Of a stretch of DNA of 64,000 nt, positions 49,530-61,482 are shown in pieces; the stretch's first letter is position 1, and each line of letters starts with the position of its first letter. The DNA comes from Heptranchias perlo. Taxonomy: Eukaryota. Position numbers and translations under genes: made by a program. The notes below the pieces were generated by a model. That model was given only the letters and a program-made list of their open reading frames with translations. It was not told where the DNA came from and searched no databases. The stretch spans positions 13,640,001 through 13,704,000 of the forward strand of contig NC_090351.1 in NCBI RefSeq assembly GCF_035084215.1. The letters are read 5' to 3'.

Positions 49530-50012
49530 GTTCAAAGCCATTGTCTTTGGTCTCCTAACCACCGATTCCATTCCCTTCACTGGCCACTGTCTCAGGCTGA
49601 ACCAGACTGTTCACAACCTTGGCGTCCCATTTGACCCGAAGCTGAGCTTCTGATCCCATATCCTATTCTTTACCAAGACCGCCTACTTCCACCTCCATAA
49701 TAAGGCCTGTCTTCGCCCCTCCCTCAGCCCATTTGCTGGTGAAACCCTCATCCATGCTTTTGTTACCTCCAGACTCAACAATTCCAGTGCTCTTCTGACC
49801 AGCCTCACATCTTCCACCCTCTATAAATTTAAGATCATCCAAAACTCTGTTGCCCGTATCCTAATTTGCACCAAGACCTTCACCCATCACCCCTGCGCTT
49901 GTTGGCCTACGTTGGCTCCAGGTCCCCGAAAACCTCGATTTTAAAATCCTCATCTTCATGTTCAAATCCCTCCATGGCCTCGCCCTTCCCTATCTCTAAC
50001 CTCCTCCAGCTA
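49530..50012 (+). mobile_element. L2 LINE 3' fragment
   Basis: ctcatccatgcttttgttacctccagactc (LIHAFVTSRL), homologous to 52310-52820 and 63440-64000. Confidence 0.8.
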
Positions 50013-52309
50013 TATTTGAAGAAGAGTAAAGCATGCTCCTGGAATCCTGGTCAGCATTTCTCCCTCAAACACCACCATTAATTATAGCAGATTGTCTGGC
50101 CATTCATTTGTTGGTTGTAGGACCTTGCCGAGTGCAAATTAGCTGCCATTTAAAATAATTTATTCTCAGGATGTGGGCATCGCTGGCAAGGCCAGCATTT
50201 ATTACCTATCCCTAGTTACCCTGCCAGCTAAGTAGCTTGCTAGGCCACTTCAGGGATAGTAAAAGATCAACCATGTTGGTGTGGGACTGGAGTCATGTAT
50301 AGGCCAGACCTGGTAAGGATGGCAAGTTTTCTTTGCCTAAAGAACATTAGTGAACCAATTGAGTTTCGACGACAATCCAGCAGCTTCATGATCACTAACT
50401 GGTACCAGGTTTTTATTTCCAGATTTTTTTTAAAAACTGAATTGAAATTCTCAAACTGCCATGGTGCGATTTGAACTCTCATTCTCTAGATTATTCATCC
50501 AGACCTCTGGATTACTCGTTCAGTAACATAACCGTTACACTACCGTGCTGTTTTTCCTCCGTAAACAGTGACTACATTTCAAAAGTATCACATTGGCTGT
50601 GGGCCCCCTTGGGATGTCCTGGGAACATGATGAGGTGTAAGTTCTTTCTTATGGCATCTTGAGTTATGTACAGTGACTACGTTCTTAATGTCAAGGTATA
50701 TTGTAAACTGCTGTTTATTCGCAGCTTGTGTAACATACTCCAGTGCTCTACATCAATGCAAGCATGAATGACTCCTCTATATAAGCATGTTTTATAACCT
50801 TAAGTTATAAAAATTGCTATTTTACAGGGTATTGTAATTGAATGAGATGATAAAGTTCCATATTGGTATTTCTAACAAACAACATCACCAACATAAGGAG
50901 ATTCAGCGACTAATAAATCCAATATGGAAAGTGTCAACACAATGCCATCATATTGACTAAATATTGATTAAGTGTTTGAGTACAGGGTGTCCTTTGCATC
51001 ATCTGCAATTTTTACTGTCGGGTTGAAGATCTATAGAAATGATTTGCTGCAAGTTTCTAATGCTGAATAATACAATAAGTTTCAGAGACCAGTGGAAATC
51101 GCAGTACACCGTAGAAGATAGCTTTAGTACAACAACACCATGCATTTATATAGCAGCTTTAACGTAGGAAACATCCTAGGAAGTCACGAGGGCGGAATTA
51201 AAGGACTGAATTATAGAACTGGATAAACATCCATTTTTTTTAAACCAAACTTCAGGAATTTAATAAAAATGAGCTCAACCCCCTCCAAGAATCTGAACCC
51301 AAGTTTTAGATTTGGGACATTGCTTCAGAAAGATCTTTCCAATGGATGAAAACATAAGATTACAATTTGGTTAAAGAATGTTTTTCATTCCAACCTAATC
51401 TATCTAGTTCCATCGTATATGCTGTCTATGCTATATCATTCCTATATTTCTTCATCTCCCTTTATGTAATCAGCTTGATTTTATAAATCGTATAACTTTC
51501 TTATATTTTGTTTCAATATAACATCTATCTATATTTAAATATTTAAAAGTCTTGTGCCTAGTGCTGTAAATCATGTCACGCCTTTCAAAGGGGTCACACC
51601 TTAGGGCGTCACACATCCGTGAGGCAAAAATTGGACCTTGACTGAAATGAGAATTAGTGGTCAAGTCACCAATCACATATTCAATTGAGTGAACGTGAAT
51701 GAATCAAACGCATTTAGATTCGGTTAGTAAGTACCGATGAAAAATAAGTAAGTTGCAGAAAACTGAGCAATCGCTCAATTTTTAAAATAAAATCTACCAA
51801 TCCTGAACTGGCAAGGAGCAGGAAGTGAGCAATTAGATTGTTTCAGAAAAGTGGTAACATTTGATTGAATCGCCATTTTGACCTTCTCCACCCCCCCCCC
51901 ACCCCAGCTGGAGTTTATCGGTAAAAATAACATTGGTAACATCAAAAATGCAATAAATTCAGACAAAATTGCTCACAGAATTTTCTATATGGTGCTACAA
52001 CTCCCTGGAAAACGTTTCTTGGATTGGCATGATCTTTCGTTGTGAGCTTGAGTCTGGAGTTTTAATTACTAGATTGGCCATTATTGTTGGTTTCTTTTGT
52101 AAGAGCCTTGGCTCTTCGCCACTTCTGATGACCCGACCAGCTCCCTGTGCCAACTGGAACAGCTCCCTGTTATTCCAGGCCTTTCCAGATCCCAAACTAC
52201 CCAGATTTGTTCTTGGCTCACTCTGACCCAACTCAAACGCTCTGACCCGAGTCTTTCTTCACTTGTGATTTTCTCATCAACTGTTGCAGGGTTTGTGTCT
52301 CTTACTGCA

Positions 52310-52820
52310 CTTGGCGACTATTCCAATGCTTTCCTGGTCAGCCTCCCATCTGCCACTCTCCATAAACCTGAGCTCATCCAAAACTCTGTTGCCCGTACCC
52401 TAACTCGCACTGTCCCATTCATCCATCACTCCTGTGCTCGCTGACCTACATTGACTCCCGGTCCAGCAACGCCTCAAATTAAAAAATTTGCATGCTTGCG
52501 TTCAAATCCCTCCATGGCCTCGCCCCTCCTTATCTCTCTAACCTTCTCCAGCCATACAACCCTCCGAGAACTCTGCATTCCTCAATTCTGGCCTATTGTG
52601 CATCCCCAATTTCCTTTGCCCCACTATTGGCAGCTGTACCTTCAGCTGTCTAGGCCCTAAGCTCTGGAATTCCCTCTCCAAACTTCTCCGCCCCCTCCTC
52701 CTATATGACACTCCTTGAAACCTACCTCTGTGACCACTGTCCTGATATCTGTTTAAGTGGCTCGGTGTCAAAATTTGTCTGATAACGCTCCTTACATTAA
52801 AGGTGCTATATAATTGCAAT
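52310..52820 (+). mobile_element. L2 LINE 3' end
   Basis: LELIQNS..R.LT...HITPVLADLH; tail taaaggtgctatataa. Confidence 0.8.
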
Positions 52821-53929
52821 TTGTTGACCATTTTACTGTGTATCCTGGCTGAGGGATAAAAATTAAATACATAGGTAAAGGAACACATAATAATAATGAA
52901 GGCCATTCATTTGCTATTTGCACAGAAAAATAAACAGTTGTGAAATGCGATCCCCAAAAACAGTAAAAATCTCAGAATACCATTTAATAAAAATGGAATT
53001 TAACTTATTCGGGCACTGTAACTCAGTGGGCCCGAGAAGATATGTGGGTCACATGGCAAAACACCCTTAATGTTGTATTAGAATATTCTGGAACTCATCA
53101 TAAGCATTGCTATGTCACTGGCAAGGCCAGCATTTATTGCCCATCCCTAATTGCCCTTGAAAATTTCTTGCAGCTGAATGCCTCAAATTTTCTTATTCAT
53201 CCAAAAGCTTCAAATCCGACCTAAAGAGATAGGAAATACAGCCTTCAAAAGGTGAGGAAAATTGCTATTTTTTGAAAATCCTTTTGGCTGTAATTTTGGT
53301 TTCTTCAAGCTGAAGACACTGCCAATAATAAGATTTGTAACATACGAAGAACATAAAATACAACAACCTTCATTCATATAGCACCTTTAATTCAGAAAAC
53401 TGTCACAAAATCTACAAGGTAAATGGTTAAACACAGCTTTGGAATCACATCAGCCATTTTAAAATGCTTCCAAAGACATTTTCCATCAGAGGACTGTGGT
53501 TTCTGAGAACCCTGAAGCTTACGTTTATGGGATACATCACTCTGTCAGCTCAAAAATAACCCCAAGATAACAGACTACAACTCCCAGTATTCCAGGTACA
53601 TGTGAAACACACAAATATTAAGTTCAGATCACAAAGGTGTCTATTATTGTTACACCCCAGGTTAGAAAAGCATAAAAGACTTGCATTTATGTTGCACCTT
53701 TCATGACTTCAGGCCATCCCAAAGCACTTTACAGCCAATGAAGTACTTTTTTTTTGAAGTGTAGTCACTGTTGTGTTGTAGGAAACATGGCAGCCAATTT
53801 ACACACAGCAAGGTCCCACAAACAGCAATGTGATAATGACCAGATAATCTATTTTAGTGATGGTGGTTGAGGGATAAATATTGGCCAGGACAGTGGGGAA
53901 AACTCATCTGCTCTTCTTCAACATAGTAC

Positions 53930-54234
53930 TGATGTGGAGATGCCGGTGATGGACTGGGGTTGACAATTGTAAACAATTTTACAACACCAAGTTATAGTCC
54001 AGCAATTTTATTTTAAATTCACAAGCTTTCGGAGGCTTCCTCCTTCCTCAGGTAAATGTTCAGGAGCTCCTTGAAGCCTACGCATTTATACATATACGTT
54101 CTATATGTATAAATGCGTAGGCTTCAAGGAGCTCCTGAACATTTACCTGAGGAAGGAGGAAGCCTCCGAAAGCTTGTGAATTTAAAATAAAATTGCTGGA
54201 CTATAACTTGGTGTTGTAAAATTGTTTACAATTG
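53930..54234 (-). mobile_element. Non-autonomous Penelope-like fold-back element (138-bp perfect inverted repeat, 12-bp TSD)
   Basis: Arms 53959-54096 and 54102-54239, loop CGTTC; TSD TCAACATAGTAC (53918-53929 and 54235-54246). Confidence 0.88.
54141..54181 (+). ncRNA. Minimal type I hammerhead ribozyme motif (mirror copy on - at 54017-54057)
   Basis: AUUUAC [CUGAGGA] A GGAGG-aag-CCUCC [GAAA] GC [UU] GUGAAU: stem I, conserved core, stem II, palindromic AGCU stem III. Confidence 0.75.
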
Positions 54235-57193
54235 TCAACATAGTACCACTGATTTTTTACGTCCACCTGAGAGGTTTAACGTCTCATCCAAAAGACAGCA
54301 CCTCTGATAGTGCAGCACTCCCTCAGTGCTGCACTGAGTGTCAGCCTGGATTTTGTGCTCAGCTCTATGGAGTGGGACTTGAACCCACAAACTTTCTGAC
54401 ACTATCATATAGTTACAAATTGGGGAGTATGGGCACACCTCAGAAGGAAGACACTCAGACCACTTACGAGAGTGACCAGCAACAAGACTATCAAAGCCAA
54501 AGCGCAAATTCATATTGGGGAGCAAGACTTGGAGTAAAACTGGTGGGCAAATAGCCCATTATCACTTTCTACTGGTATTTACTCATGTCCATTTGAGTGT
54601 AAAATTATTCCACCGAAAAAGTTAATTCATATTTAAATTAATTTTGAATTTATGAAACAGTTATTGGTAAAACTTACGTGAAATGAGAGGTGCCAAATGG
54701 TTTGAACTTTGTTGATGGGTTACATACTTTGAGGGGCAGGTTGTGCCTCTGACAATGTTGCCTTCCTCAAGATGGGATGCCCCAGTACTGCAAAGCATCC
54801 CAATTTTAGCCGAGCAGGACCAGTGAAACACACCCACTGCAATCAGCCAAGATTGAACATCAGAACTGCCAAACCAATTCTCAATATATAAAGTCACAAA
54901 TCTCAAAGGGACCACTTTCTAAGTGCTTCTAATTTGTGTTGAGATTTTAATTAATTACAAAAATCTGGAATCATTAGTAGCAATAAGAGATTTGGAGGGC
55001 CTCAGCACTTAGGGTAATGATTGGCAAATGGTGTTTAATGCAGATGAATGCAAAGTAACGGGTGTAGATGTGAAAGACATTAACTGTGATTACAGGATTA
55101 ATGATTTTACTTTGATGAAGTTACTGCAGCAGCAGATTGCCAGAGTGGGTTTAAAAATATAGTGGTATTCCAGTGTGTAAGTGCATCACCCAGTGTGGTA
55201 GCGAGCTGTACAGAGCAAGATGATATTTCATTCAAAAGCAAAATATTGCAGATGCTGGAGATCTGAAAGAAAATGCTGGAAAAAGCTCAGCAAGTGAGGC
55301 AGCATCTGTGGAGAAAAATATTCGATTCATCCTCCAGTCTGTCTGAGTTAACTGATCGCAGCCATGATAGCAATGGGGCTGTCAACTGGCCTCAGTGTGG
55401 GATCAGACAATGTTCCCAGAGACCCCTGCTAGAAAGTACATATGTGGATGGACAGGACCGGGCATAGCTGTGACTCTCCTCCCCCCCCCTCCTCTCCGAA
55501 TAGCTTGTGATACTGTTAGGTTCACACACGTTGAGTGGCCACTTTGGTAAAGTACCTGAGGATTACCAGAATCCATGGAACAATATTAATGAGTCAGCAT
55601 TCCCAGGGGAGAACCAGAATAAAAAAACAAACTTCAGTTAGAGTAAATGTTATGAAGTAACTGAATTCTCTATTTATTATTAAAAGGGCCGTATTTGTAA
55701 TATTGTAGTGAGTCTGTAATACTGCCATGATGTTGTGTGGTGACACTGAGCAAACAGATAGATGGAAAATATTTCAACCCATTTTTCTTTCTGTTAATCC
55801 CCCAGCCCAGGTATTTTACCCACTCTGCCCAGCTCTGCTCACTTCCAGGCCAGTGCTAAGTGATCCTGCTTTGCACCACTTCACACCCAGGCCCAGGTTA
55901 AGTGCTTCAATTCTGCACTACTCGCTCCCTCCCTACCGGGCACAACCTCAATGATCCTGCACTGTTTCTGCTTCCCCCTTCATCGAAAGCCTGCTCCCTG
56001 TGCTACAGCTCCGACCTCCCCCCTCCCCCCGGCAAACATTTTAGGAGTAGTCTTACTCCCTGCTGTACGTCATCACTTTGTTCCTGCCATTCTCTCTGGC
56101 TCCCGTCCAGCCCCACTCTTCACTGCCCAGGTCAGAGACAGAGCAGAGCTTTGCTGCAGACAGGATGCATGAGTTCTAAGAGGACAGACAGACTCTGTCA
56201 ACTTTAAGACCAGCAGATCAGCTGCACTGCTGAAGGCTGCTCCTGAACTTTGAATAGGATCAGTCGTCAGGAGATCGGCCAGTCCCAACACAGACTGAGC
56301 CTGTGCACTCTCTTAATACTTGTACTACCAGTTTATAGCAGGACGCTGCTCTGCCCCTAACTCAAATGCCCAAAACACTACCCTAGCCTCCAAATGTAAG
56401 ATGGTCGGCATCACAAAAGTTCTGTCTAGCCCTCCTCTCACCCTGTCTCACTCCTGCCTTTGGCGCTCAGGCCCTGATCTTCCCCTCCCCATTCCAGCTT
56501 CAGGCCCTGAGCCCCATCCTCCTCCCTTCTGCTCCAGCTTCAAGCCGCTTTGTGGATCTTTCCTGACCCACATTCAGGCCTTCGCAGTTCAGACCCTGGC
56601 ATCCACTTTCCCCAGGTCCACACTCCCGCTTTCTCTCACCCACGAGTGTTGTGGCAATTCCTAGACACATCAGTGTGGGGTCACAAATCTGGATCTATTG
56701 TGACATCAAGACCACCCAGCCTGGAGAGCAAGACCGCTGTTCCAGATTCACCATTCCCTCCCAGGCCAGAGCTGGCATATCCTGCTTCTTCTTAGCCCAG
56801 GCCCCCAGCCTGAAGTTTCTCTGATGTGCGCACCGCCCCTAATGGATGCCTCTCTCTCCAGCTGGCCCAGATCCCCAACCTCGACTAGGTACACTTTTGC
56901 TTTCGCCTTCCTGTGTGTCTCACTATTTATTAAAAAAGTACCAAAATAACAGTGATGCATAAGGACTTCTTCCATATCTAACCACTGTCATTTCACTGTG
57001 CTCAATGCAATACTCCTGCAGTATAGATAGCAGTATTACCTTGGAAACCAGCCAACACCTTTTTCCCTTTGCAGTGACAGGTGATGATTAATAAGACAAA
57101 CTGACAATTAGGCCGCATTTACAAGAAGAGATTCTAAGTCATTGTACTAAATCTCACAAAATCTGTGTAAAACATCATTGAGGTGACACTTGA

Positions 57194-57321
57194 GGGTAGA
57201 TTTTCTGAGTCCTTGCAAGGGGTGTGGGACCTGGCACAGCCCGAGAGCATACCAGGGTTTCTGCCAATCTTCTGCAGAAGTTACGGCTGGAGATTGGGGA
57301 ACCCCTGCAGAAATTCTACCC
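57194..57321. mobile_element. 128-bp Harbinger-type MITE
   Basis: TIR GGGTAGATTTTCTG / CAGAAATTCTACCC (13/14 match), 3-bp TSD TGA. Confidence 0.8.
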
Positions 57322-57592
57322 TGATATCTTCTGAGCTTTCTCTTTCAAACATATCAATCTAGTTTTCTCATATGGAATTTAGGTTCCTCATATGGAATGA
57401 ATTCTTTAATGTCTGGTGCTCATCGCCTGTTTCAAGATGTTCCCTCCATGATATGCCAATTTTGTCTTTAAATATAAGAGCAGTGGGAATTTAGACATGG
57501 TGACTTAGTCTATGGAAATCCTTTCTTACAGTATATTCTCTTCCCCCATTATTACATGCATAATTTCATTTCTAATTCCATTCGTGCTACAT

Positions 57593-57950
57593 CAATTATG
57601 AAAGGGTTTGATAGGGTAGACATAGAGAAAATGTTTCCACTTGATCGGGAAACCAAAACTAGGGGTCATAAAAATAAGACAGTCACTAATAAATCCAATA
57701 AGGAATTCAGGAGAAACTTCTTTACCCAGAGAGTGGTTAGAATGTGGAATTTGCTCCCACATGGAGTAGTTGAGGCGACTAGCATTGATGCTTTTAAGGG
57801 GAAGCTAGATAAGTACTGAGGGAGAAAGGAATAGAAGGTTATGCTGATAGGGTTAGATGAAGTAGGGTGGGAAGAGGCTCATGTGTAGCATAGACCAGTT
57901 GGGCTGAATGGCCTGTTTCTGTGCTATAAATTCTATGTAATTCTATGTAA
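57593..57950 (+). mobile_element. CR1 3' fragment
   Basis: MKGFDRVD...FFTQRVVRMWN; tail attctatgtaattctatgtaa. Confidence 0.88.
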
Positions 57951-58329
57951 TCCTGGTTAACATTTCTCTGTGCTAGTGCAGCATTTTTACAGCTCTACTT
58001 TCCCTCACATCCTGTCTTGCCACTTTGCAATAATGTTCATTCTTACACTTGTGATCTTTTTTAAGTTCGGAACCTTTTTGTGGGATCATCATCTGTACAG
58101 CCATCCGAGTGGTGGAGACAACGTTGATCCTCTCTGTGGGTATTGAAAGGACTTTTTTGTATGCTTGGGGGCTTCCTGTCCCATCACAAATACGTTTGTA
58201 TCACTCCATTGCTGTGCTTGCAAGGCCTCACTGCTAAACTGGCTTCTTCTCTTTTGGATCTCGGTTTGGTGATAGCAGGGAGCAGTAATAAACAAAACAA
58301 ACAGAATGCTTAGTTCTCTTGTTTGATCA

Positions 58330-58810
58330 GTTTAATAGAAGTTGGAAGATGTCCTGCTAAAGCTGTACAGTGCCTTGGTCCAACCTCACCTTGAGTGCTG
58401 TTTGATTCTGGTCACCAATAATGGAAAGCACTCAAGCAAAGAGCCACAAAGCTGATTGGTAGCATCTAAGAATTGAAATATGAGGAAAGGCTCAAGGAAC
58501 CAGGGCTCTTTAGTCTTCAAAGGACTGAGAGAGGATTTTGCAGAGATATATACAAGATAATAAATGGCACAGATAAGGTAAATCCACGGCACTACTTCCA
58601 GGTTTCTCAAGATTTAGGACAAGGAGCATAGATTAAAACTGATAAAAGGGAAAGTTAGAACAGATGTCAGGAAGCACTTCTTCAGGCAGGTAGTGGAAGC
58701 AAAAATCTTAGAGTCATTAAAAAGACAGATGACATGATGGGGGTGGTTGTATTTTTAAAAATCCTGGTTGGATGAGTTTAGATGGAGGGCTACATGATCT
58801 CCCTTATCTG
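58330..58810 (+). mobile_element. Decayed CR1 3' fragment
   Basis: LYSALVQPHLECC..FWSP-like sequence. Confidence 0.6.
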
Positions 58811-59440
58811 TACGTGACCAATCATGAATTTTTTTCTCCTTTGTTATCTCTCTAATAATAATACCATCTGTTCTTTTGACAAACCTGTTTTTCTGTATTT
58901 CAAGAATGTGCTTTCACTGTACTTCCTTACATGCACATATATCAGTTTTGATACTGTTACCGACTGCTTCCAGGATTTGCCTTAATAGCTTCTGAGTGAT
59001 AATCAAACTATAATAAATACAATGGAGCTCTTCAAAACTCTTTGTATTACATCATCAGTTAATCCTTCTATTCAAATCCCTTTCTACAAATTCCATTCTC
59101 TGTTCACTCCACTAAGCACCTTTTAAATCCTTTGTTCAGATCCAATTGGGCAGAATCTCTGGGCTCATGATGTTTTGTTCTGTAAATAACACTAGGCTTG
59201 AACCCAGGTCTTGGTTAAGATAGAACAATTGGCCTCAGTGTCTCTGGGCTAGGGAGAGGGAAAATCAATCAGGGTTTTTGCTCCTAATTGCCATCCAGAG
59301 ACCCCTGCTTTAAAGTTTATGTGTAGGACTATCAAGTAAAGGCAAGATCGGGTTTGGTTCTGATGCACTCCGTGGTCCAATTGCTTGTTGACATTCAGAG
59401 TTGAGGCTCACAGGTCTGGTGGAGGTACCCATGGACACTT

Positions 59441-60441
59441 GGGGGTGATTTTAGGAGGCAATTGTGGGTGCGTTGGGGGCAGGGGGGCTCTGAAAATTAT
59501 AGCTGGCGGGATGACAGTTAAAGAGCCCTCATTGAGGTACTTCAGGCACTATACCTGTGACAGATTAAGTCGTTAGAAAGATTTTTAACTTACCTGGGCG
59601 GCTTGCCCACCGCTTCTGATTCACACCTGGTGAAACCAGGAGTGAAGGGCCGGATCAGGGAACAAGAAACTAAATAAATTAAATTAGAAACCATGGAAGG
59701 AAGTGAAAACACTAAATGAACCTACCTTTGTATCCTGCTCCGATGTCCGAAGTCTCCCGCTCCGATCTCCCCCGATGTCCACCTCTTCACTCCCCTGATC
59801 TCCCCCTGGTCCCCCTCTTCAGCTCCCCCCAATGTTCCCCCCCTCCAACCGATGCCCCCCTCTTCACGTGCGATCTTTCCCCGATGTCCCCCTCTTCACC
59901 CCCCCGATCTACCCCCAATGTGGCCCTCTTCACCGCCCCGATCTACCCCCAACGTCCCCCACTTCATCCCCCATGATCTTCCCCCGGTGTCTCCCTCTTC
60001 ACCCCCCCGATGTCCCACCGATCATCCCCTCTCCCCCCTGATCTTCCCCTCTCCCCCCCAATCTTCTCCTCTCCCACCTGATCTTCCGCTCTCCCCACCC
60101 CCCCCAATCTTCCCCTCTCCCCCTCCAATCTTCCCCTCTCTCCCTCACTCCGGTCTCCCAGTCCAGCACTGGATCTTCCATTCTCCCCCCGACCGGTCTT
60201 CTGTTAAAGCGCCAGATGATGTCTCTCTCTCTCTTTCTCGCCACCCCCTGCCTCGTGTTACAGCTCCTGACGGCAGTCAGCCTGTCAATCAGGCTGGGTG
60301 CTGGGCGCGAAACCCGGAGAGGACGTTAATCATCATCAATCAACTTGCGATCGCGTCGGAAACGGTAAGTTTTGTTCATGCGGGTTCGCCACGCGCACCT
60401 TCACCGTGTCCCCCCCCCCCTGCCCACGCTGCCAACCCGCC
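59441..60441. mobile_element. GC-rich non-autonomous DNA element with an internal C-rich tandem repeat (59740-60190)
   Basis: Begins gggggtgatttt (Harbinger-like terminus); repeated ccccgatgtcccctcttcacccccgatct units. Confidence 0.45.
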
Positions 60442-60777
60442 TGGTGTCTGTGGAGCAATATCCAGTGATGAGTCAATATCTTCAGTAGAGGAGGGAAGAA
60501 AACTGGAGGGTGAGAGGAAGAACAAAACTGGAGGGGGAGTGGGGGAGAAAACTGGAAGGAATTGAAAGAAAGTGCTCTCCTTTAGAAGAATTAAAGTAAC
60601 TTGTGAAATATGGCTCTGGAGTTCACTACACTGTCCTGCAATTCACAGAAGGTGGTAATACAGAAATTGCAGTTACAAAGCAAAATTGCAGTGTTTTTAG
60701 ATCATAGTTTAGATTAGAATGTGAGCACAGCTCAAAATGCTTTGTTTTTCTCTTACAGCCTATTTATCGTTGAAGAT

Positions 60778-61482
60778 TGTAAACAATTTTACAACACCAA
60801 GTTATAGTCCAGCAATTTTATTTTAAATTCACAAGCTTTCGGAGGCTTCCTCCTTCCTCAGGTGAACGTTGTTGGAAATGAAATCCTCGAAATGAAATCG
60901 CATTTATAATTCACAGAACAATGCTTGGTGATTACAGACAGTTTTTTCAACTGCCCGTTGCCAAGGCAATCAGTGTGCAGACAGACAGGTGTTACCTGCA
61001 AGGTCTCCGAATATACAAATCACCAAAAAAAACCAAAAAAACAAAAAAAAAACAGAGATAGAGAGGTAGAAACATAGAAAAGACAGCAACTGACCACCAG
61101 CGAACAAATGTTATCTGTTTTTAATATAACGGGTCAGTTGCTGTCTTTTCTATGTTTCTACCTCTCTATCTGTTTTTTTTTGTTTTTTTTGTTTTTTTTG
61201 GTGATTTGTATATTCGGAGACCTTGCAGGTAACACCTGTCTGTCTGCACACTGATTGCCTTGGCAACGGGCAGTTGAAAAACTGTCTGTAATCACCAAGC
61301 ATTGTTCTGTGAATTATAAATGCGATTTCATTTCGAGGATTTCATTTCCAACAACGTTCACCTGAGGAAGGAGGAAGCCTCCGAAAGCTTGTGAATTTAA
61401 AATAAAATTGCTGGACTATAACTTGGTGTTGTAAAATTGTTTACAATTGTCAACCCCAGTCCATCACCGGCATCTCCACATC
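60778..61482 (+). mobile_element. Non-autonomous Penelope-like fold-back element (inverted repeat of about 320 bp, 12-bp TSD)
   Basis: Arms 60776-61095 and 61132-61447, 36-nt loop, unpaired 3' tail; TSD ATCGTTGAAGAT (60766-60777 and 61483-61494). Confidence 0.9.
61356..61396 (+). ncRNA. Minimal type I hammerhead ribozyme motif (mirror copy on - at 60827-60867)
   Basis: GUUCAC [CUGAGGA] A GGAGG-aag-CCUCC [GAAA] GC [UU] GUGAAU. Confidence 0.78.

Larger units (their letters stand above)
53676..54400 (-). mobile_element. Deu-domain SINE interrupted by the palindromic Penelope-like insertion
   Basis: SINE sequence is colinear on both sides of 53930-54246. Confidence 0.85.

Noticed and set aside
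58000-58295. Minus-strand 68-aa ORF that looks coding
   Set aside because: It has no recognisable domain or splice sites and lies between CR1 fragments.
59716-60565. Proline-rich or extensin-like 237-aa ORF
   Set aside because: It is a translation of a C-rich tandem repeat, with no splice or domain support.
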